Assembly (NCBI GenBank): GCA_963832745.1
Contig: CAWHVC010000002.1
Span: 256,001 to 320,000 of the forward strand
Origin: Candidatus Bathyarchaeota archaeon
GTDB lineage: Archaea; Thermoproteota; Bathyarchaeia; Bathyarchaeales; Bathycorpusculaceae
Reading direction: 5' to 3'
DNA: 64,000 nt
Below are positions 1-10,040 of this stretch, piece by piece. Each line of letters begins with the position of its first letter. Within the stretch, counting starts at the first letter, position 1. The translations under genes and the position numbers were made by a program. The notes beneath the pieces are model-generated. The model worked only from the letters and a program-made list of their open reading frames with translations, was not told the origin of the DNA and ran no database searches.

Positions 1-36
1 CATAATTTTTAGCACATTAAAAACTGTAGAGGTTGT

Positions 37-282
37 TTGTACATGAGACGATTAAACGATAGAATGGATTTAGCCAAAACCGTACTAAAAGAGCTTAACA
101 GAGAGCAGCTTTCACGCACTGAACTTGAAAACCGAACCGTCCGCAAAAGAGGCACACACGCCACCTTTGAAGGCATATTTCGGTACTTAGTTCAAGGAGG
201 CTACATAGAAAAAAGCGAACAAAAACACCGTTCAAACTACAAAGTAACCGAAAAAGGCGCCAAACTTTTGGAGGCCATCTAA
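37..282 (+). CDS. Small winged-helix DNA-binding protein
   Basis: 81-aa ORF ending in the wHTH wing motif (YLVQGGYIEK...YKVTEKGAKLL); true start may be the ATG at 43. Confidence 0.7.
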   Translation: MYMRRLNDRMDLAKTVLKELNREQLSRTELENRTVRKRGTHATFEGIFRYLVQGGYIEKSEQKHRSNYKVTEKGAKLLEAI

Positions 283-604
283 AATGATCCCTATATTGCA
301 AAAGTTTCTTGAAGCTTTTTCGCCAAAACGTCCCGCTCTCACTTTTCGTTACAATCGCTTTGGCGGCTACGCAAAAGCACTACTTTCAAGCTTCAAAGAC
401 ATTGCTGAAAGTTTTGCTCTTAAAATTACTGTAATTGGCTACGGTTCAGCACCTATTTTGGCCAATCAAAAAATTAAAATAGCACTTGAAAAAATTTGCC
501 TGTTTTTTTACTTTTTTTCCTGTTTTTCTGACCATTTTGAGGGAGTTATTTTTATAATTGAATCACAGTATGGTTCAGACGAAAGAGACGAGGGATCCAT
601 TTAG

Positions 605-1291
605 TTGACAGTAATAGTTGACGACGCCGGCAGCGGAGACTTGCTTTTTGGCGTTGTAGTCGGCGCTTACCGTGAAGAAACAGGCGATTTCAAATACGAC
701 CTCATCGATGTACGGTTCTATCAGGAGAACTTTAAAGAAAAAGAGTACCTTCAAGAATCCTCACGGGTTGTTTCAAAACTCGTAACCGGCTTTAACCTTG
801 CACCAGACGAAGAAATCCACATTTGCCAAGGATGCATTTTCGACGTAGCCGCAGAAGAACTCCGTAAAATTTACGGTGAAGACCGAGTAAAACGTATCCG
901 GGTCGAAGGCGAAGCTCAACGCTTAATCGAAATAGCCTATTTGGATGAAATCCGTAATTTGGGTTATGAACCATTGGCTGAACGTGAAGAGAAACGGGGT
1001 AAAAGCTTCTTTCATATGATGCGTTGGCTAAAAGATAACCCCGAAATGCTCCGGTACGCGAAAACTGGCTGGCCTAAACTGAAAAATTATCAGTTATTCC
1101 GGAAATTCCACATTCCAACTGAACCTGTTCAGGTGTATAAGGCGGTTTGCGCTGAATGCGGTGTTGAATGTGAAGTGCCTTTTCAACCGAAAACCGATAA
1201 ACCGGTCTACTGCAAAAAATGTTGGTCCCACCACAAACCCCGTAAAAACAACCGCTACAAAAAGAGTAAAACGGTAAAAAATAAAAATTAG
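605..1291 (+). CDS. RNase HII-like fold protein with C-terminal CxxC-x17-CxxC zinc ribbon
   Basis: N-terminal VDDAGSGDLLFGVVVG resembles the RNase HII DEAGRG start motif; C-terminal CAECGVECEVPFQPKTDKPVYCKKC followed by a basic tail. Confidence 0.65.
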   Translation: MTVIVDDAGSGDLLFGVVVGAYREETGDFKYDLIDVRFYQENFKEKEYLQESSRVVSKLVTGFNLAPDEEIHICQGCIFDVAAEELRKIYGEDRVKRIRVEGEAQRLIEIAYLDEIRNLGYEPLAEREEKRGKSFFHMMRWLKDNPEMLRYAKTGWPKLKNYQLFRKFHIPTEPVQVYKAVCAECGVECEVPFQPKTDKPVYCKKCWSHHKPRKNNRYKKSKTVKNKN

Positions 1292-1300
1292 GTAAAAAAA

Positions 1301-1612
1301 ATGAATGTATTTTTTGATTTTAATTCAAGCTGGTATGTGCTTTTGTTTGCTTTTCTTGGCGCATGGGCACTGCTAATGTTTGTACGGAAACGATGGACTA
1401 AGCATGAAGTGAAAGAGCAAATGTTTCTGGCTTTGGGCGGCATGACGGCTCTGGGACTTATGGAATTCTTCGCCGTATCCACCGGCCTATGGAATTACAC
1501 ACCCGGCAACTGGCCAGTCATCCTATGGCCCACCTACTTCGCAGCAATACTATTCGGATACCAACTACTGAGATCAATAGAAGGACTACTACTAAACAGG
1601 CGCATACTATAG
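1301..1612 (+). CDS. Small membrane protein (about 3 TM helices)
   Basis: Hydrophobic segments, GLWNY motif, starts 9 nt after the previous stop. Confidence 0.7.
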   Translation: MNVFFDFNSSWYVLLFAFLGAWALLMFVRKRWTKHEVKEQMFLALGGMTALGLMEFFAVSTGLWNYTPGNWPVILWPTYFAAILFGYQLLRSIEGLLLNRRIL

Positions 1613-1828
1613 ATAAAGTTTATAGCTGCCTGAAACTTTTTTTCGAACTAATGCAGCATAAACAACTTTTAGTTAAATCTTCTTATTCTATATGTAAAAC
1701 AGAGTGTGTAAGATTATGTTGTTCTTTTACGTTTGTCTGCCTTTGGCTTATGTGGCAGCTTGTGTACCATAAGTATTTTTGTTTGCTTGTTATCCGACCA
1801 ATTTCTTAAGTGTATAAAGAAATAAACC

Positions 1829-2131
1829 CTATCCATTGTTGCTTCTTAAATTAAGAGACTGTTGTTTACTTATTTTGATATTTTTGTTTTTTAACGCTAC
1901 AACGGCAACTGCAAGTACAGCTATGACTGCCACAACTGAAGCCAGTATTATATACGTTAAAACGTTATCAGTTTTTGGAATTAGTGAGTATGGGTCAGGG
2001 GTTGCTTGAGGGTTCTTTTCAGTCAAGTAAGGCTTAAAGTTTAACGTTCCCAAAGTGAACTCGTACTTGTCATCAAAAAGAGATTTGCTGATTGTTTCTT
2101 CGTTTGTTGTTTCCCACCAATTTAGTTTCAT
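1829..2131 (-). pseudogene. C-terminal fragment of a membrane-anchored surface protein
   Basis: Pro/Thr linker, TM helix and basic tail; no intact upstream portion or signal peptide. Confidence 0.45.
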
Positions 2132-2306
2132 CCCAATCTTTGCTTGAAGGCATAACCGAATTTCGCCACCAATAAGTTAAACCTGCTCATTGACACTGCC
2201 TTTTGCATTTAAAGTAACCATCAACCTGCAAAAAGTTTTGTTCCTTCGTTATTAAGATTTTGAAAAAGTATTTTGTAAAGTTAAACAAATGTTTAATGTT
2301 AAAAAG

Positions 2307-2635
2307 ATGGTGGGATCATGGTAACGTCGAACTGATCAACAAGTCCTTTTACAAAGTTCTGCAGTAAGTTCAAGCAATGCTCAAATTTGGGGCAGCCTCA
2401 GTTTTCAAGCTGGTGGTAGTGGTTTCACGTCAGCGCCAAGCGTTACAATAACTGGTAACTGTTCAGGTGCAACTGCTGTATCTAAACTGAAAGTTTAACG
2501 AATAAACGTTTTATATGGTGGTCAGGTGCAAGTCTTCAGGCTAAAATGTCAGTTTGGAAAATCAATATTACCAATTCTGGATCAGGTTACACTTCTAATC
2601 CTAATGTTACAATTGATTCTCCAACAGGTCCATAG
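2307..2635 (+). pseudogene. Remnant of a G(G/S)SG(Y/F)TSxPxVTI-repeat structural protein
   Basis: Manual translation gives AGGSGFTSAPSVTITGNCSGATAVSKLKV* and, in a shifted frame, SGASLQAKMSVWKINITNSGSGYTSNPNVTIDSPTGP*; internal stops and one frameshift. Confidence 0.55.
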
Positions 2636-2813
2636 CTGTCCGAAATTGGGCAGATGCTTACTCAAAATTAAAACCAGATGGCTCTGTTGACGTGAGTTGA
2701 CAGGGTGCAATAAATCTAAACTATGGATTATCTGGTAAACCCATATTATCATCACCGCCAAGTATTCAACTATTTGCTTCCGAAACGCCGTATCCATCAC
2801 ATCAGGAAATACT

Positions 2814-2996
2814 TTGCCACCAAACTCTGAGAGAAGTCCAAACATACAAAGTGTTTGTGCTGACTGTGGTAGCGAATGCGAAATACCTTTCCAACCAAAA
2901 ACTGACAAACCAGTATACTGCCAAAAATGCTGGACCAATCACAAACCACAAAAAAACAGCCGCCACAAAAAAAGAAAAACGATAAAAAAAATTTAG
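2814..2996 (+). pseudogene. Duplicated CxxC-x17-CxxC zinc-ribbon fragment (paralog of the 3' end of 605..1291)
   Basis: CADCGSECEIPFQPKTDKPVYCQKCWTNHKPQKNSRHKKRKT aligns residue for residue with CAECGVECEVPFQPKTDKPVYCKKCWSHHKPRKNNRYKKSKT. Confidence 0.7.
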
Positions 2997-3300
2997 TCTA
3001 TATCAGAGATAGTTATCTCTTTTTGCCTCACTCTGACGTAAAGGTGTTGGCAAACGATTGTTAGCCCTCTATATGAGTAAAGGGTATGCAAGTAAATAGA
3101 GATTTTTGTCTTTATACAATGCCTAAGTATTGTAAGAATAATTCATAGGGTTAACAGTCCTTTTTGATATCTGGTTTAACAGATGATATCTAACCTGTGT
3201 TTTTATGCTTGTAACACACCTAACTGCTTTTTCTTAAGCTTTTTATGTTTGAGGGTCTTTTGAATAAGCCTTATTAGCATGTATAGGTCGGTTTTTAATT

Positions 3301-4004
3301 GTGGATGCTCGGAGGATTATGATGGCTAAAATTCGAAAGTTTGGCTTGGTTTTAGTGGGGATTTTACTTGCCAGTGGTTTATTGCTGTCATTTAATGTTC
3401 ATGCCGAGCCTTCAGTTGACCCGCCGCCTTTCCCAACTTTTACCGTTAGTCTGGTGGACTTCTCCTATGATGTACCAGTCTGTAACAAACCCTTATAACG
3501 GCAATATTACGACTCCAGACTCATAATGTTACAGAATATCAGTTAGAGCTCAAAATTAAAAATGTTCATGTTCCCTACAAGGAAGTATACTATAACATAC
3601 AAACCAAAGGTTTCTATGAGGATATATGGACAAGCCACTCACGAAATAGGGCATCTGATTCAGAGTACACTATGGTTCACCTTTCTGCAGAGTATAGTGT
3701 TGGTGATAAAATAGATATTCAAGTGCAGACGGAAATTGTGTACCAATATGAACAAGCTCCAATCTTGCCTAATCATGATTCGACCTTTTTAACTGGCTAC
3801 CAAAAAGGCAGTTGGAGCCCAACTCAAACTTTCACAATGCCAGACACATCCACGCCATCATCGACTCCAACATTTAGCGCCCCAGAATTTACCGCACTTA
3901 TAACAAATCCATTGGCAATCAGCATTATAGTCTTAACAATAGGCTTTATATTTGTAGCATTTGTGTTAAAGAAAAAAACAACCTCTAATTTCCACAAAAG
4001 CTAA
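3301..4004 (+). pseudogene. Frameshifted secreted, C-terminally anchored protein
   Basis: Signal peptide + PTFTVSLVDFSYDVP, continues in other frames (VTNPYNGNITT; HNVTEYQLELKIKN...SDSEYT) into ORF 3672..4004 with a Ser/Thr/Pro linker and TM anchor; two frameshifts near 3480-3525. Confidence 0.65.
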
Positions 4005-4415
4005 CCTGATTAAACTGAGTTTTATTTGTCGTATCTTAAAAACATGAATGAAAAAGACCTCGCTAAACTGCTTGGGCACCAATATGTTGATTATAGAAGA
4101 ACTCACAAATTGTCACCAATTTACTAAATATTAAACAGAACCTTACTGTTATAAGATCACGGCATAATGCAATTTTAATATTTTGAAATTATTGTCATTA
4201 TTAAATTGTTGTTAGTAAATAATACATTTTATTATGCAAAATAGTATAAATTGTGCGATAACTTCTCGTTTTCTGATAAATATGACAAAATTATTAAAAC
4301 AATCAGTCAGAAGCTTTTTGAGAACAAAAGCACTAAAAACTGCGCGAACAGTCTTTTTCAAAAAAACCACATTTTCACATAACCTTTCGAGTACCAATTA
4401 TGAGGTGAAAAATCA

Positions 4416-6011
4416 ATGACATGTTACAGAAGATCACACATTATACAGCAGCGAGCAGGCGCTGGTACAGGTTACCAAATCAAAATTATTGTTCACAGTG
4501 GAAACGGAACCACTCAGAACGGAACCAACGAGCTATGGTGTAATAACCATTGTAAAAACGATTTTAGTGATATTAGATTCACTGCAAGCGATGGCTATAC
4601 ACCGTTACCTTTTTGGTGTGAAAGTCTAACCCAAGCAGACCAAGCTGTTTTTTGGGTTAAAATTCTTGATGATCTCAGTAGCGCGAACAGCACAATTTGG
4701 GTTTATTACACTCTCAATTATGATGCTACATATACCCCTTATCCATCAGCAAACAATGGTAAAGAAACTTTTCTATTTTTTGACGATTTCGCAGGATACC
4801 TAGATCCTTTGAAATGGAACACTTGGAAGGAAGGCGGTACGGGGGGCGGTACCGAGGTTAATCAAAGTGAATTGCGTGTAACCGGTGTCTCAAATTGGCA
4901 AAAAGTCGGTTCTAAAGTCATGTGGGGTTACCCAGTAGCTTTCCGTTATAAAGGTCGATTTAGTGAAGCAGGTTATTGCCAGATAGGTGCAGATGATGGT
5001 ACAGCAAGCAGTACTGGTGATGGATATAATGGGGTGGATCAAGCAGCCTTTAGTTATGGGAATAGCACGAAATCATATCGGTTTTCTAGACAAGGTGGCT
5101 ATACTACGATTTCAAGAACGTCTAATTTAAGCTCAAACACAACACTGGAAATTTGCAGACTCAAGAAATAGATACCGCAGACCCCTAAAAAAATCTACTT
5201 CTATGAAAATAATGTCCTTAAGGCATCGAATCAGAGTAGTGGTGTTCCGCTTAATGATCAAGGTCTCTATTTTGCGGCATATGGGTCAGATGTGTATCTT
5301 GATTGGTGTTTAGTTCGCAAGTTTGTTGACCCTGAGCCTGCTCATGGAGACTGGACAGGCGAAGATGTTGGGACAGATCAACCGGTTACAGGTAATTTGT
5401 TAGTGGCAGGAACAGCAGTAATAAATGGTCCCATCACAACAGGTCACGCAACACTTACTGGTTGTATGCAAAGTAATGAACATTGGGATAGCTTAGGATG
5501 GAACGATTTTTTGGACGCTATGAAATATCACAGGTTTTCTAATACAGTAGGCAAAATTCGTTTCCATGATTTAGCTGGTAGTGGTGATGTAGATCTTCAT
5601 GGTGCCTCGTTGGGTGATCCTATATTGGTTTGTACTCAACATTTCGCTGTAGAAAAAGACTTGTTAGCCACTGGAATGTTAAACAGTATTGAAGGAGAAT
5701 TATGCCTTAATGCAGGCAAATACGCTCCAAATTGGGCATGGGAAATCGTCAGCACTCATACACCTCTTACAACGGGTGAAACTACTACAACAAAGAACCC
5801 TTTCATTTGGCTAGCACAAGGTGGAATCTTTGGAAATTATAACACTTTGGAAATAAGAGTAACTGGAGACGCTAATGGAAACTGGAACTGGGGAAATTTT
5901 GCATGTGGAGACATAACAAGTTACGGAAACCTGCAAGTAAACTCGATAGTATTACCTACAAATCGTGCATCGCCTGCTGATGGTGAAATCTGGTTATACT
6001 CTGGAGCGTAA
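4416..6011 (+). pseudogene. DUF2341-domain structural/adhesin-like protein (~531 aa) interrupted by one in-frame TAG at 5169-5171
   Basis: GAGGTGA RBS at 4402-4408; DFSDIRFT, AVFWVKI, TIWVYY, NNGKETFLFFDDF motifs; ORFs 4416 and 5292 are in the same frame and the gap reads open (IPQTPKKIYFYENNVLKA...DVYLDWCLVRKFVDPEPAHGDW); ends ASPADGEIWLYSGA. Confidence 0.7.
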
Positions 6012-6086
6012 CAAAATGTCAAATGACTTACTTAATGGAGAGTTTTTTTCTTCTCTCTTTTTTTATCAAAACAACTGTGAAATGAG

Positions 6087-7945
6087 GTGTTACTTGGGAG
6101 TTGGTTGACTGGTTGGACTAATAGAAAGTCTCATTTGATTACTGGTGCTACTGGTGCAGGTAACGATTACCAAGTAAAAATTATCGTTAATTATGGTTCT
6201 GGTAGCGATAGTGGTAACAGTGTTTATTGTAGCAGCAATTGTGGTCAGGATTTTGGTGATATACGTTTTACTGGTTCAGATGGAACAACATCACTTCCGT
6301 ATTGGATGGAGAAAAAAACTGATGGAACCAGCGCAGTCTTTTGGGTTAAAGTATTAGCCGATTTAAGTTCTAACCTAAACTATCTATGTCAACTACAATA
6401 AACCCAGCGAAACAACCACAAGTAACGGTACTGACACTTTTGACGTTTTTCGCAATTTAGTCGACAACTTCTATGCTGCTTTGGGAACAGTTAACCTTAC
6501 CATTTACAATAATGGCCAAGATCCTGGAGACTACTTTATCGCTTCACAAACTGTAAATTCAGTGAACATTAGCCCCTGTATCTACTTCAGAGTTTATGGT
6601 GGCAAAAAATATGCCGTATCTTTGTCTAACCTGTACTTTGAGGGTTTACTTGGTGGTGGAAACTATGGTATCTGCGGAATAGACCTACGCAACCGAACCT
6701 GAGCTGCTCCAACAGGCTGGAAAACATCAATGGCCTACACTGCAAATACAACGCTAAACAAAAAACACGTTGTTGTACTCGATTACTTAAAGGCAGGCAC
6801 TGGCAGTGGATCTATCGTGTTCTATTCAAGCTGGTCTAATCCTGATGATATACCTGAAGGTACATCTGCTTTAAGCCAAAGCCTTTCTTCCACGTCAAGG
6901 GCTGTCACCGAATACTTATACAATGGAAGCGTTTCGCACATTAGAATATCTGGTGAACCAAATTCCCAAGTTACCGCTTACTCTGCAGTATACGCGGTAG
7001 GTAAATATGTTAACCCTGAACCATCACATTCAACCTGGGGCAATGAAGAGTCTTCAGGTGGCGGAACAATACCTGATCAATCCAGTTTCCTACGTTTCAA
7101 GCGGGCTGACGGAGTTTACGCGCTTTGTGTTGTACCTAACGGTCAAGGTGCGGCCAGCATGGGTGGAATACCCAAAGTACGAAAAGACGGTGTCACATAT
7201 GACATCTATCTTGTTGAAACAAACGACGCTTTTGCAAGCCCTGTTAGAGTTAAAACCAGTGCTGGAACAAAAGCCGTACGATACTACACGAGCTCACAGT
7301 GATTCAGTGCACTCGGACGTAGCTCACAGCGATAACAGTTCTCACAGTGATGTCCCATTTTCAAATGTTGTGCATTCTGACTCTTCAACTCACAGCGATG
7401 TTGCTCATTCCGATGTTTCCGCTTTTTCCAACTGGGTAGAGCACTACGATCACAGTGACAGCCCACATAGCGATATTACTCATTCAGATGCCAGTAGCGC
7501 CCATAGCGATACGGCATTTAGTAACGTTGCTCACTCTGATACTCAACCCCAGTACTATTACGATGCCGCCCATTACTGGGATGGTTATTACCATTTGGAC
7601 GCGACTGGCGGTACCCCGATTGAACACTACGATTACAGCGACACTCCACATTCTGACGTTGTACATAGTGATGCTTCATCTCACAGTGATACGGCATTTA
7701 GTAACGTTGCTCATTCCGACACTCAACCTCAAGGATACTATGACCAATACAGTTGGTGGGACCAATATGACCACACAAATCATCAAAATGTTCCCTTTAG
7801 TAACACAGCACATTCAGATAGCACTCCTCACAGTGATGTTACTCATTCAGACGTACCCCACAGCGACACCGCGACAACACATAGCGATACCCCACATTCA
7901 GACTCTGTACATTCAGATACAGCAGAAGGCATAATCGCCTTCTGA
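6087..7945 (+). pseudogene. Reconstructed ~620-aa protein: DUF2341 domain + linker domain + C-terminal HSD/aromatic-x-Asx repeat tail
   Basis: Extra A near 6378 (removing it restores TIYVNYNKPSETTTSNGTDTFDVF), in-frame TGA at 6700-6702 (NRT*AAPTGW), and a +1 shift near 7290 joining KAVRYYT to AHSDSVHSD; joins track ORFs 6087, 6481, 6730 and the 3' part of 7007. Confidence 0.7.
7292..7920 (+). repeat. Coding low-complexity repeat: 23 HSD, 5 FSN and other aromatic-x-D/N triplets, with an internal duplication of ~180-nt period
   Basis: Counted from the translation; GATACGGCATTTAGTAACGTTGCTCA occurs at ~7508 and ~7688. Confidence 0.9.
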
Positions 7946-7963
7946 CCTTTCGGGGTGAATATT

Positions 7964-9246
7964 ATGGCTATAATTGTAGTTCCAAATTTAAGTTGCAATA
8001 TCGGCTGCAAATACTGTTTTGCCCACGGCTACAGTTGGGTTGAAAACTCAAAAAAGAGTTACAACCTTAACGCTATGCTGGAATCAATGGAAAAGATGCA
8101 CAAACAAACCGGCGGTGACCTATTTTGTATGCATGGCGGCGAATGCACGTTGATAGATCGAAGTGACTTTGAAACCATCCTTAAAAAAATGTATCAGTTA
8201 CAGGGCAAATCATCTATTCAAACTAACGCTTACGAAATTGACAATGACTTAATTCGGCTATTCAAAAAATACAAAACTTCTGTTGGGGTAAGCATTGACG
8301 GAGACGGCGAGTTAAACTCCTTAAGAGGGTTCCCTTGTAACAAAGAAATGTCCAGCAAATATACCAATGTTGTTCTCAAGAACATGTTTGAAATGCAAAA
8401 ACAAGGCATCAATGTTGGCGTAATCACTTTGTTGCATAAAATTAACGCTGGCACTGACGAGGCACTTGACAAACTAGTTGACTTCATTTTGATGTTAAGA
8501 GCCAATAACATCAGAGGCGGCAGACTAAATTTAATGTGGACAAATTATCCAGAAGTAAAACAATACGAATTAACTCCACAAGAAGCTTCAAATGCATGGC
8601 TATACCTCTATGGCAACCTTAAACATTACCTGATTTAGAGTGGCAACCCTTCAGAGAATTCGCCGATAACCTTCTTGGTTATGGTCATTTTAGCTGTTCC
8701 TTTGGTAAATGTGATTACTTCTGCACAATGGGTGCTAAAGTCATACTGCCAGATGGTTCACTTGGAAATTGTGACCGCACTCATCAGGAAGGAGTTACAT
8801 ACACTAGAGCAACTGAGTCTCCTACATACGAACGATATGAAGTGTTAAAAGAAACAGATTGCAGTAATTGCAGATTCTGGAACATATGCTATGGCGGTTG
8901 CCCTTCTGAAGGTGACAACAGCGACTGGCGAAACAAAACACGATGGTGTAAACCAACATACGACCTCTACAGCGTTATTGAAGCCGATATACGCGCCCTT
9001 TTTCCTAACATAAACCTTGTAACCGATTATCATGGCAAAGAAGACTACTTTGATATGGTAAAAAAAGGCGTATACATCAAAGCATTCAGTAAAATGACCT
9101 GGGAAACAGCATGCAACCCTTCTTCATGGAAACACACTCAAGAAAAGCAGCCTTGGGGTACAAATCAATCCCGTCAACCTGTTTGCAATCCTCATGGCGA
9201 TTCTCCTCATGGTGACTTTACAAACAATGGTGGTGAAACCAATTGA
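7964..9246 (+). pseudogene. Radical SAM/SPASM maturase (~427 aa; anSME/triceptide-maturase-like) split by a 1-nt deletion at ~8630
   Basis: GGGGTGA RBS before ATG 7964; CNIGCKYC, HGGE, QTNA, SIDG; restoring one C gives YPDLEWQPFREFADNLLGYGHFSCSFGKCDYFCTM, joining ORF 8728 with SPASM cysteines GNC...CSNCRFWNICYGGCP...WC. Confidence 0.85.
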
Positions 9247-10040
9247 CAGACCTTAACCCGTTTTTTAAAATATCTTGGAACAACGCCAATATCAGAAATA
9301 CATACGACAAAATAATTGCTTCAGCCAACGAATTAAGCTACAGAGCAGAATATGAAATGGTAAAGCTTGGGCTGCGACAAGCAAACGTGTACCACATGAC
9401 TCCGAATAGCTTTGACAAACAAATCGAAACCATAACAAACGATGGATTGGTTTTCTTGCCAATTCTTAGAAGCAAGGCATACAGCGGATTTAGCCACAAA
9501 CATTTTCCAGTTGACAAGTTAGACAGCGATACATTCGTATTTGGAGTAGTTGCCCAAAGCATTGAGATAGCCCAAAAATTCAAAGCTGCCTCCCTTAAGG
9601 GTGACCATATTACTCAAGGTGAACTGCTTGGCTACCCCAAATGCTGTTGTGAAGCATTCAGCAAAAACTGGTCTAGCAATAAACTTGATCCATGTTATGA
9701 ATCGGCAGTCAACACACCTGAAGCTACTTTGGATTACACTAAAGAAAAAGTACACGTTAATGGCGATGCATGCCTTAATACTATGCTTAGGTACTTTGGG
9801 GTGAGAATAGTTCCTTTCTTCCCGTGTAGTTACCAATGCAGCGAAGCTTTGGATGTCAGCAAGAACTGGTTTGAAGTAATGAAATCCTTAAACAAAGATG
9901 TTACTTTAAAAGTCAAGGAACTGCTTGAACAACCACTAACATGGGTATTTAACAAAGGCATAATCTACATAACAACTCCCATTATGCGAGCTGTTGTGAA
10001 CGGATATGAATGTGAAAGGAAGAGTGTACTATGGCAATGA
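9243..10040 (+). CDS. DUF483-like Cys-motif protein
   Basis: GELLGYPKCCCEAF and VPFFPCSYQC motifs; start overlaps the radical SAM stop (TTGA); GGTGA RBS. Confidence 0.6.
   Translation: MTDLNPFFKISWNNANIRNTYDKIIASANELSYRAEYEMVKLGLRQANVYHMTPNSFDKQIETITNDGLVFLPILRSKAYSGFSHKHFPVDKLDSDTFVFGVVAQSIEIAQKFKAASLKGDHITQGELLGYPKCCCEAFSKNWSSNKLDPCYESAVNTPEATLDYTKEKVHVNGDACLNTMLRYFGVRIVPFFPCSYQCSEALDVSKNWFEVMKSLNKDVTLKVKELLEQPLTWVFNKGIIYITTPIMRAVVNGYECERKSVLWQ

Noticed and set aside
284-604. This and the many antisense or alternative-frame ORFs in the track (e.g. 7455..7934, 34786..35391, 61627..61812)
   Set aside because: They are shadows of better-supported genes or AT-rich intergenic sequence with no motifs
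4044-4127. MNEKDLAKLLGHQY... as a tyrosine-integrase C-terminal remnant
   Set aside because: Only LLGH matches in a 27-aa ORF; no HxxR or correctly spaced Tyr
7270-7302. Programmed frameshift producing forms with and without the HSD tail
   Set aside because: No slippery heptamer is visible, and the same gene has two other lesions; mutation or error is simpler
7292-7920. CRISPR array or DNA-level tandem repeat
   Set aside because: Units are irregular in length and synonymously diverged; the periodicity is at protein level and no cas genes are present
7292-9246. Assignment to the known His-Xaa-Ser (HxsA/B/C) radical SAM system
   Set aside because: The motif is H-x-D / F-x-N rather than H-x-S, there is only one radical SAM gene, and the repeat appears fused to a large DUF2341 protein
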